The notes beneath the pieces are model-generated. The model was given only the letters and a program-made list of their open reading frames with translations. It did no database searches and was not told the DNA's origin. Shown piece by piece: positions 13,204 through 24,929 of a DNA stretch of 64,000 nucleotides. Source of the DNA: Euprymna scolopes (taxonomy: Eukaryota); the NCBI GenBank assembly GCA_053919585.1, contig CM132804.1; one strand, written 5' to 3'. The translations under genes and the position numbers were made by a program. The stretch's first letter is position 1. Every line of letters begins with the position of its first letter.

Positions 13204-16200
13204 TTATTGTTATATTTTTGTTATCTATATTTATGTGCCTTTTATAAACTATTATTGTTATATTTTTAATTTATATTTATATGAGAGTGTGTTTTCTATT
13301 AACTATTATTGTAATATTTGTTTATTTAAATTTATATGAGAGTGTGTTTTCTATTAACTATTATTGTAATATTTGTTTATTTAAATTTATATGAGAGTTT
13401 GCCTTCTATTAACTATTATTGTTATATTTTTTATTTATATTTATGGCAGAGTGTGCCTTCTATTAACTATAATTGTAAGATTTTTTATTTAAATTTATGT
13501 GAGAGTGTGCCTTCTATTGACTATTATTGTTATATTTTTTATTTATATTTATGTGAGAGTGTGCCTTCTATTAACTATTATTATCATAGAAGCCACACTA
13601 ATAGTTAATAGAAGCCACATAAATATAAATAAAATTATAACAATAATAGTTATAGAAGCCACACTCTCATATAAATATAAATTAAAAACTATAACAATAA
13701 TAGTTATAGAAGCCACACTCTCATATAAATATAAATACAAAATATAACAATAATAGTTAATAGAAGGCACACTCTTACATAAATATAAATAAAAAAAAAA
13801 TATTACAATAATAGTTAATAGAAGGCACACTCTCACATAAATATAAATAAAAAATATAACAATAATAGTTATAGAAGGCACACTCTCACATAAATATAAA
13901 TAAAAAATATAACAATTATAGTTAATAGAAGGCACACTCTCATATAAATATAAATAAAAAATATAACAATAATAGTTATAGAAGGCACACTCTCACATTA
14001 ATATAAATAAAAAATATAACAATAATAGTTAATAGAAGGCACACTCTCATATAAATATAAATAAAAAATATAACAATAATAGTTAATAGAAGGCACACTC
14101 TCACATAAATATAAATAAAAAATATTACAATAATAGTTAATAGAAGGCACACTCTCACATAAATATGAATAAAAAATATAACAATTATAGTTAATAGAAG
14201 CCACACTCTCATATAAATATAAATAAAAAATATAACAATAATAGTTAATAGAAGGCAAACACTAACATAAATATGAATAATAAAATATAACAATAATAGT
14301 TAATAGAAGGTACACTCTCACATAAATTTAAATACAAAATATAACAATAATAGTTAATAGAAAGCACACTCTCACAGTAATATAAATAAAAAATATAACA
14401 ATAATAGTAAATAGAAGGCACACTCTCACATAAATTTAAATAAAAAATATAACAATAATAGTTAATAGAAGCCACACTCTCCTATGAATATAAATGAAAA
14501 ATATAACAATAATAGTTAATAGAAGCCACACTCTCACATAAATATAAATGAAAAATATAACAATAATAGTTAATAGAAGGCACACTCTTACATAAATATG
14601 AATAAAAATATTACAATAATAGTTAATAGAAGGCACACTCTCACATAAATATAAATAAAAAAATATAACAATAATAGTTAATAGAAGGTACACTCTCACA
14701 TAAATTTAAATACAAAATATAACAATAATAGTTAATAGAAAGCACACTCTCACAGTAATATAAATAAAAAATATAACAATAATAGTTAATAGAAGGCACA
14801 CTCTCACATAAATTTAAATAAAAAATATAACAATAATAGTTACTAGAAGGTACACTCTCACATAAATTTAAATAAAAAATATAACAATAATAGTTAATAG
14901 AAGGCACACTCTCACATAAATTTAAATAAAAAATATAACAATAATAGTTAATAGAAGGTACACTCTCACATAAATTTAAATACAAAATATAACAATAATA
15001 GTTAATAGAAAGCACACTCTCACAGTAATATAAATAAAAAATATAACAATAATAGTAAATAGAAGGCACACTCTCACATAAATTTAAATAAAAAATATAA
15101 CAATAATAGTTAATAGAAGCCACACTCTCCTATGAATATAAATGAAAAATATAACAATAATAGTTAATAGAAGCCACACTCTCACATAAATATAAATGAA
15201 AAATATAACAATAATAGTTAATAGAAGGCACACTCTTACATAAATATAAATAAAAATATTACAATAATAGTTAATAGAAGGCACACTCTCACATAAATAT
15301 AAATAAAAAAATATAATAATAATAGTTAATAGAAGGCACACTCTCACATAAATTTAAATAAACAATATAACAATAATAGTTAATAGAAGGCACACTCTCA
15401 CATAAATATAAATAAAAAATATAACAATAATAGTTAATAGAAGCCACACTCTCATGTAAATATAAATAAAAAATATAACAATAATAGTTATAGAAGCCAC
15501 ACTCTCACATAAATATAAATAAAAAATATAACAATAATAGTTAATAGAAGGCACACTCTCATATAAATATAAATAAAAAATATAACAATAATAGTTAATA
15601 GAAGGCAAACTCTAACATAAATATAAATAATAAAATATAACAATAATAGTTAATAGAAGGTACACTCTCACATAAATTTAAATAAAAAATATAACAATAA
15701 TAGTTAATAGAATGCACACTCTCACATAAATATAAATAAAAATATAACAATAATAGTTAATAGAAGGTACACTCTCACATAAATTTAAATACAAAATATA
15801 ACAATAATAGTTAATAGATGGCACACTCTCACAGAAATATAAATAAAAAATATAACAATAATAGTTAATAGAAGGCACACTCTCACAGAAATTTAAATAA
15901 AAAATATAACAATAATAGTTAATAGAAGGCACACTCTCATATAAATATAAATGAAAAATATAACAATAATAGTTAATAGAAGGCACACTCTCACATAAAT
16001 ATAAATGAAAAATATAACAATAATAGTTAATAGAAGGAACACTCTTACATAAATTTAAATAAAAATATAACAATAATAGTTAATAGAAGCCACACTCTCA
16101 CATAAATATAAATGAAAAATATAACAATAATAGTTAATAGAAGGCACACTCTCATATAAATATAAATAAAAAATATAACAATAATAGTTAATAGAAGCCA

Positions 16201-16413
16201 CACTCTCACATAAATATAAATAATAAAATATAACAATAATAGTTAATAGAAGATACACTCTCACATAAATTTAAATACAAAATATAACAATAATAGTTAA
16301 TAGAATGCACCCTCTCACATAAATATAAATAAAAAAATATAACAATAATAGTTAATAGAAGGTACACTCTCACATAAATTTAAATAAAAATATAACAATA
16401 ATAGTTAATAGAA
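13204..16413. repeat. 54-bp tandem satellite, roughly 59 units, orientation switch at ~13585
   Basis: Unit AATAGTTAATAGAAGGCACACTCTCACATAAATATAAATAAAAAATATAACAAT (GAAGGC at 13981 and 14035); about 7 units reversed at the left end. Confidence 0.95.
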
Positions 16414-17090
16414 ATCTGTTGCCAAGGTCGCTGGAAACATTGTGGGCTTCTTCTACCGCTCCAGTAGATATCTCACTGCTGATGCAATTCTCTATCTATA
16501 TAAAAGCCACGTACGTCCTAGGACGGAGTACTGCTGCCACATCTGGGCAGGAACCGCTAAAAACAGCCTATCCTTCCTCGACAAAGTACAAAATAGAATT
16601 TGGGGTTTAGTGGAGGATGCCATTTTCTCCTTCCTGTAAGCTCTCTCCCACAGACGAGACGTTGCGAGCCCGTCTTTTTTATCGTTATTTCCATGGCAAG
16701 TGCTCGTCTGAGTTCCAATCTCTGATCCACCTCGCCAACCTTTCACAAAAACACCCATCAACTGAAACCACTGTCAGTAATGTCCCCCACTCTTTATCTG
16801 TGCATAAATCGAAGCGTGAATTATATGAACAAAGCTTCTTTCTTAGAAGTGCACGCCTGTGGAACTTTGTCCGTTTGCAGGTTTCCCACCTAACTACAAC
16901 TTGGATGTCTTCAAGTCCAACATAAACAAATTCCTGATAAACCGCCCTCTTTAGTAAGATACGTTATCAAATCTCCATTACTAACGATTACTACGATATT
17001 ATTCCATAGATTACTCTACACGCAATAACCCTTATCCCCGAGTGGCATCCAGGCCTTGATAAGTGGTGACTGCCATGTAAAAAAAAAAAG
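16412..17090 (+). mobile_element. 5'-truncated CR1-type LINE 3' end
   Basis: LYLYKSHVRPRTEYCCHIWAG...LDKVQNR...YRYFHGKCS; A-rich tail at ~17079; homologous to 31657-32332. Confidence 0.85.
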
Positions 17091-17749
17091 AAAAGAATCC
17101 GACTCGGTATTTTTCAAAAATGCAAATGAAATGCATCATAGCTTTCTAATGTGTACGGTTGATCATGTCACACTAGAGACTAGTTTTCTATGAGGCTACT
17201 GAAATAAGAACAGGGGAAGTAACTCAGATGTTGCTTCAAGCATTATTTCAGATATGAATATCTGAAATAATGCTTCAATGAATTCTACCTACATATGTTT
17301 ATGTCATCCTGATTAAAGTAAACTGTTTTCTACAATAATATGCAAAGGTAGTTAATGTATTTTCTCTTGTATATTATTATAATAAACAAAACAAAACAAA
17401 TCAGTTTTGAATTGTCTTCCCTGACCTTTTGAATGATTTACTTGTTTACAAATATGAAATATATATTCGATTAAACTACAACAAGTTATTTGTTTTTAAA
17501 GATCCTATTTTTATTGAGGAAAGTACATGAATAGAAAGATTGAAAGTAAAATAAATTGCCTTTCAACTGCCACAATGTTGTAAAATTATTAAATGGAAGG
17601 TTTTATTTATCAGATCGATTGTGAAGTATCTTTACAAAATGCAAGAAAATCAATAACAATTGTAACGAAAATAAAGCGTAAATGTTAAAATCTAGATTTT
17701 CATTTTATTTCAACTGTAGTCATTTTTTGAGAATTTTATCGAATTTTTT

Positions 17750-18880
17750 CTAATTTAATCTCAGGATTTTTTTTCTACTATTGTAATAGAATGTATTTAT
17801 AACAATTTTTGTTGAAAATGTGTATACTTTTTCAATGTGCTGCGAATATGTAAATACATATTTCGGATAATAAGTTTTAAAAATTATTTCTGCAGACTTC
17901 CTGCTCAAATTTTTTAATGAATTGGCGAGAAAAATATAAAATTGCAAAGCAAGAAAAATAAAGTCAATTGTTTGGATCGATGAAATCGTCAAACTTCCTC
18001 GGAATAATAAATTAAGGTAATAGTTCTTGATGATCTCTATATCATTGCCAACCATAAGTATAGAACCAATATCACAGTTGGAACGCTTTAAAAGTCTTTT
18101 AACAGAATAACCAGAAATTGAATATGCCACTTCTTTGCTGTCAGATGATAAACAGAATGTATTTATTTCCGATTTGTGTTTGGACAAAATATTAAGACGA
18201 GTATTCTTTGGCAATGGATGTACTGCTTCCTTCCAAATGTTAACATTTTCTTTTAAAAGAAACCTACAAATTAAAATATTTTCACGACTATAAATCTCGC
18301 GAAGCTCACCAAAAATATCCTTCTATTCATTTGGCGATACCGTAAAAATCGATTTTCAAGGGGATCCCTTTCAAATCTACAAACGAGAATCTGTTCATAA
18401 TCATCATTCTTTTGTCCTTTCATTTTTGCTCTTAAAGTTGTGACGAATGATTTGTTTGTCTGTACAGTTTGAGAAAAAAGTCAGGAACTTTTACCATGAG
18501 TCAATCCAGTCAGGATGTTTTTTGTCAAAGTTGATTTTACTATCATTTGCTTTATTTTATGAAGTAAAATTTAGGAGTTCGTCATCATGGTAATTTCTAT
18601 TTTTCTTAGCCTTTCTAGTTGTGTTTGATATAATAAAAAGGATGGCTTAGTATTCACTTACTCTGAATGAATTGTTGATAGTTGGTGTAGGGGCAACTTT
18701 AACTTATTTATTTTCCCTTTCAAATAATTTTTCTCCAAATACACAATGCAATAAGCACGTCTTACGAATTTTGTCCATTTCTCAAACAGATTGGGGTCTT
18801 CTTGAGGGAAATGAAAAGTCGATAATTTTTCGTGGTTTCCATTTCTAGTTTTACAGGGAAATGCGACATATTTTGTTAAA
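17750..18880 (-). pseudogene. Degraded, internally deleted P-element/THAP9-like transposase
   Basis: THAP-like start (FPCK...STFHFPQEDPNLFEKWTKFV...PTI) at ~18870-18680, RFERDPLENRFLRYRQM at ~18380-18330, and EVAYSISGYSVKRLLKRSNC...RGSL typical of the THAP9/P transposase C-terminus. Confidence 0.65.
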
Positions 18881-20972
18881 TAAAGTCTTACAAAGCTTAA
18901 ACAATATTTTTAAAACGATATTTGTTTTCAATATTTGTAACAGATACAAAATGAATAAACTCAACAAGATCGTAAATAAAGATTGCTTATGTCTTTGAAA
19001 AACCAGAAGAGGCTACTCAGTTTTACTCTTGTTCTGCAACTTAACATAAATAAAAAGGATGAAGAACATTTTATATTGGCAAGATACGTAACTTAATGAT
19101 GAAGTAGTGTAAAAATATTTTAATAAAGTTTATTCCTCATTATTTCAAGAGTTAATATAAACGACTTTTGAGTTACTTTCCTTGCAAATTTTCAATGTTT
19201 TATGCGGCCGCAGCTTTCTTCAATAAGAAAAATTGTCTCTTGGAAAAGTGGCTTCTCATGTAATATAAGCGCCCGTTAATAGGCCATCAACGCATTTATT
19301 CATTGTTCTTCAAAACCAAGGCATTTCATTATTTTTCCAAAGTCTCTTCAAAAACGCATATGCTATTCTTAAAAGTCTGTGTCGCCGCCACTTCACGCCG
19401 GTGCCAACCAGCGCTTTCTCGCCCTTTGACATTTACATATCCCTCTCGCTCATACGCACTTTGTTTCTCTTTCGACAACGTAGGGCATTTTCTCCTTTTC
19501 TTGTGACACAAGCTCGCTAATTAGTATTGTGCTTAAACGACTGTTACTTCTAGTATTTTCGGGTCCTACTGATATTTTCACACGTGTTTGCACACACTGT
19601 TTCATACCTTCCCTTCCAACAAATATTCGCTAGGATTTAAAATAATCCTGCCTGAAGTATTTGTTCTGTCTCTTTTATTTGTAAAAATAAAGAAATCCCA
19701 ACCTATATTCTAAATAATCAAAGAAAACATTTTAATACATTGGAAGGGAAAACTAAGTTAACTGTTTGGTTATAGCGAGAATGGGTGTATTTTGCATTTT
19801 CAGAAATTTCAATGAAGCAGTGTTGAAGCGTTTCTGCTTGACTGTGCAAGAATACAGTTTTAAATGATAAAAATATTTTACAAAAAAAAGTAAAATCTAT
19901 GCAAATCCAAATCAGAGTTTGAATAATATTTAATGTTTATTGGTTCTGAGTTTGTAAATTGCCTGAAGCAATATGGAATATTTTTATTTGAGTAATAAAG
20001 CCATTTTTTTTTTTGCTTCTTGGCAGTTTTAATAACACACATGTTATAATGGTAATTTACGTCCATGTATATATCTATACATATATTTTTTCGTGTGAGT
20101 TTTTTTTTTCGCGCAACTTTTTTTTATTATTCTCTGACATTAACCCTCGATTTAATTCTCACCATCCTACCAGCCATAAAATTATATTTCTCCTTGCTCG
20201 TATGATATAGTTTACGTAAACTGCTCAAATAGTTTTCCTTTTGTTACAAGTTCCTCTTTGAAATTATTGACTAAAACTAGTTATTATAATTTTTCACTCG
20301 TTCCGTGACTCATTTGTCTCTTTATTGCTCAGATACTTTTAACGAGATTACTTTATAGAACACTTCAATAAATGTGTAGAATATGCTTATATTCATAGCA
20401 TCAATTGAATTGATATTTTAATGTGTCTTTAGTACACAACCTGATTTTGTCTCTTTACACTCCGTCCCTGTTTGACAAGATTATTCAAGATAATTTCGGC
20501 CTATTTTTCTATATTTAGTGCTTAGTAGTAAATTTATTCGAGACAATTACGGTTGACAGCTGACCCAACGGGCCAAAGGCATTATCAGTGCCCCAACGTG
20601 ATCGGATATCAATAATTTATTAAACAAATAGTGAATTTTACTCTTTTATTGTCAGAATACAATTTGACCTGATCAATAACCATCAGCAATTCTGTTATCT
20701 AATGCGAACACAGTTTATTCAATCACTACTCTCTAATTCCCACTATCTCTTAAGCTTCTTTGTTACTAAACTGTATTAGTCATTATTTTACGGTACAAAA
20801 GTTTTATCATGTTCTTTTTTTGACAAACTGATATAAACATGTGTATATGAATTGAAGAAGATTTACCTACACATACAACTAACAAACTACACGTATAGAA
20901 ATCAGTCTCCCAAAATAACCCAAGACTACGTATCCTCTACCTTAAAAGATCAAGCATGTGGTCTATCTAGAT

Positions 20973-21144
20973 CAATGGTTCTCAACCTTTTTTTAATCAT
21001 GACTTTCTTTTCTTTTTAATGTAGTTTGGTGAACCCTTGTAGCTTATTTTATTTAATCAACAGTTTATCTTGAAGGAAAACTGAACCGATATTGACGTTA
21101 CATGTACCATGATGGTCCACGTGGACACCGGTTGAGAACCATTG
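20973..21144. mobile_element. hAT (Charlie-like) MITE, 172 bp
   Basis: 15-bp perfect TIR CAATGGTTCTCAACC; 8-bp TSD ATCTAGAT/GTCTAGAT matching the NTCTAGAN Charlie target preference. Confidence 0.9.
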
Positions 21145-21829
21145 GTCTAGATTGATAACAAAATCTGAGATTTTCTCGCTACGAACAGATCTTGCTTTAA
21201 TATACACTTCATGTACTGGGCAGTTGAAAAGACTTAGGCGATGGACGATATTATTCTTTAAAACCATAATTTAAAAAGGAATAATAAAATTACCGGAAAC
21301 ATAGTTAATCTGCGAGAATGTAGCAATGTACAGCGATTGGGAGGGCATTTCGCGACGTTGCAAAAATGTATTATGGGGGAGATTCATGTAATCAGCCCAA
21401 GAAAAGTTTACATTGAACACTTTTATTAGTGACATAGCAATGAGGTCAGTGTGGGAAGACAATAAAATAATCTCTAGCGACTCTGAACTTACTATACAGC
21501 GGGTTTCCCTTTTTGTAAGTAACTTTGATCATTTGTTTGAGATTCCGACTGGGGGATTAAATAAGGGAAAAGAGAGCGTTATGCTTCCGAAAAGGAATCC
21601 ACGTGTAACTTTTCTATTCTCATTAAAAATTAAAAGAAATAATAAACAAATAAATAGATAAAATAATAAAGAAAAATTAAAAATAAAAAATATGTTTTAG
21701 ACAAGAAAATCTTGCAGTAAGCAAAATTAAAAATAAATTAATTTGCTATAATATTATTATATTTGGAACATACTTTATATTTAAAACACATTTCAATTCA
21801 TGCCATTAATTTAATCAATGTTTCAATAT

Positions 21830-22150
21830 TTTATTACTTAAATAAATGTGTAGAATATGCTTATATCCATAGCATCAATTGAATTGATATTTTAATGTTT
21901 CATTACTTTAACGAATGTTTAGAACATGCTTCAAGTCATACACCGAATGGAATTAATATTTAATTACTCATTAATTAAGAATGTTTATAACTGCATCAGT
22001 GCATATCATCCATAGTATCAATGTTTTACTGTATCATTGCTTTAACGAATGTTCAGAAAGTTTATCAGTTCATACCATCAGTAGAATTTCACTACAATGT
22101 ATCGTTATTTTGACGAAGGCTTAGAAAAATATACCAATTCATACCATTAA
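21830..22150. repeat. Degenerate ~60-bp tandem repeat, with a dispersed monomer at 20368-20425
   Basis: AATAAATGTGTAGAATATGCTTATAT.CATAGCATCAATTGAATTGATATTTTAATGT at 20368 and 21841, followed by diverged units. Confidence 0.6.
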
Positions 22151-24929
22151 GTTTAGTTTTCACCACTTCTCCTGAATGTTACAGTATAGATTAGCAGTTA
22201 AAAACATATATTAATTTATTTACTCATTTTTGTTAATAGGATGTTTACCTATCTTAGCCTATTTCTTTAATAACTAAACGCCCTATCTTATTATCATCTT
22301 ATCCAGTGTATATTAGTGTGTCTTTCATTGAATGTGAAACTAAATGTTTTACTTATTCTTATTACGTTGTTGCTAATGTTCCTCATTTTCCTTTCTCGTT
22401 TATGACATTTTTAAAAAGAAATAAGTTGATGCAGCAATATCTCGCCTATATGCTATTACCCCCATGTTTTGACAATGACGATTACTCTTCTTCGTTGTGG
22501 CTATTACATCTTTTCTCTTTATTAACGTTTCCCTTCTACCACTTGTCTCAAACCTGCCGTAGAAAACAGTCAATTTTCTAAAAGAACTTTGCAAGCAGCG
22601 TATAAGAGTTTTACTATCAACTGAATGTCGTTTTATTTGCAGATGTCGCATCTTTCTAACTTGCTATGTTCTCTGATTTATCTGATCACGACCCATTAAT
22701 CTTGATTTACAAACTGTATGACGTCAATCTTATTTTCAATGACGTCAACAGACAAACAGAGAGTGCATGCATTTTATGTTTTAGTGTTAGTTTAAAACTA
22801 TTCAAGTTCTCACCTACGACATAAGGGGAGGAGTAAACACAAGTGATACAATGTGCGTGAAAATTTACAGCACGTAACAAAGCAATTTTAACAATTCAGA
22901 ACAGCACGTAACAAAATAAATTGGCTGACGATAAAAACGACTTTAATGCACGTTATCATCGCTGCATGCTAGACGAATTATTTTGTCATCTCGTCAGCGT
23001 TGTCTTAACCCAATCGCCTTCAAAACGGATTGATTAGACCTTGAGAGAAAACAGAAAAAGTCACACGGAACAATATGTATAGTGGGATATTTTCTCCTTA
23101 TATAAAACAGTAGATGTATGAATGTGTGTTTGTTTGTGAAAATAAACTCTTAGACTAATGGTCACATACCACTAAAATAAATAAAATAGTAATCATACAC
23201 TAAGGATGGTTTATAATGAATTACATATTTGTTGGGGAAAATAAATAACATGTATCGACATCTGCCGATAGATTGAATGCATGGTGTTCATTTCAACTTA
23301 TCAACATATTTCCATTGCTTTTGCACATGCGCAAATTAATTTATAGCTTGAAAGGGTTCAATTTAAGTTTTTATTTAGTTATCTACCGATAATTAAATTA
23401 GAACATAAAGCTGAACCTCTTAAAGTTTTAGTTTTTATTTTAACTGATGACACCCTTTTATATAGAGCACTGCCGTGGGATGTTAGTAACCTGACCGATT
23501 GTTATTATGACTCTTGTTTATGTTTGGAAAATAGAATGTAAGAAATATGTATGGAGTCGAAACAGGCATTCTACAGATAAATCTTATGGCTAAAATGTAT
23601 CGGGAATGCTAACGTGGACTGTCAGAACATAAACACTATTTTTTCGTCCATAAATGTTTATTTATCTTCCAAGTCGATCTTAAAGATAGCATAGACTTAA
23701 CCATTATATTTTCTTTTCAGACCCCACCCCTTAATCCGGCTTTCATTTTATCACCCAATTACTTATAACGACACCAGCTGACTTTCGGAAGATCGCTCCT
23801 CGCCTTTCTTTTATATCGCAAGTTTCTTAAAACATTATTAGTCCAGAGTATGACCACGCTATTCTTTTAACGGTTAATTAAAAATATTTGGAACGCTGAT
23901 ATTTTTAAAGCTAAAACTCTTTTCAACAGTTTGCATTCTGGAGATGGAAGTGACTTCTATATTAATCTGTTCATCTTTAGATTCAAATATTAATTAACTA
24001 CATTTTATTTCAGTATTTAATTTATATATTTATTTTCTGATTGTTTTATTTAATGCTAGCGTTTTCACGTCCATAAATGTTGTTTATTACATCTCCCAAG
24101 CTGATTGTCAAAATAGATTAGGAAATTATATTTTTTAGTTCGTGAGAGGGGAATCTATCACCATACTTTCAATTAAACACGCTAGTTGGACTTTTATTAA
24201 GTACGATACTCAATTTTTTTAATGGAGAGTAGAAAACGTATAGTGGATGCGTTCTCGGCAGCTCCCTTTACCCTCGTTTCTCTTTATTTGTCCCTCAGTC
24301 CTCATTTTTAATGAGTGATTTTTCTTACAAAGCGCGAAGAAAAGGCTGTATTCTATGTTAACAGTATTTTTCGCGAACAGTTGGCAAAGGTGGCGGAAAT
24401 TTTCTGTTTCTATGTCTATCCATGTAGTGTGAAAAAAAAAATTTCCCTTAAAATCCAATGACTGCTCAGTCGAGGAAAGGAAGCAATGTGCACCTACCTT
24501 AAGTTGCGAAAGAATTGCCCCTTCCGCGACGTGACAGTCAGTTAACAATTGCTAGCCAGCAAAGTTTAGGTAATCAAAGAATAGCTTCTGGCACCAGCCA
24601 CAAATCCATCTGGGGAAAAAAAACCACTGGGAAGAATCTCCCTTTAAATAACCAAAAGGTCATGTGATTAACTGTCACCTGACCTGTGGAAAAAAAGCTT
24701 TAAAAAGGCAGAGAAGGCAAGACAATCTCTTTTTGTTAGTAAGCAAGGTAAGTGCACACCGCTCTCCCTCTCTTGAGCAATCATTAATCCCCCCCTTTTA
24801 TTTTTCACACATTTCCCAGGAAAGAAAAAAAAAGAAAATAAAGGAAAACAAAAAATATAAGGCATGCACTTACTCAAGGAAGTTAACCTGTTAGTATAAT
24901 TTTTTGGTTATTTTTTTTTTGTTGGTTAC

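Noticed and set aside
13204-16413. CRISPR-like array or repetitive Cys/Tyr-rich protein (YYCYIFYLYLCESVPSIN)n
   Set aside because: Units are contiguous with no unique spacers and no cas genes; ORFs arise because 54 is a multiple of 3 and are broken by frameshifts.
24180-24675. Distal end and TSD of the BEL 3' LTR
   Set aside because: No CA terminus flanked by a match to GTACC (29305-29309) could be found; boundary left unresolved.
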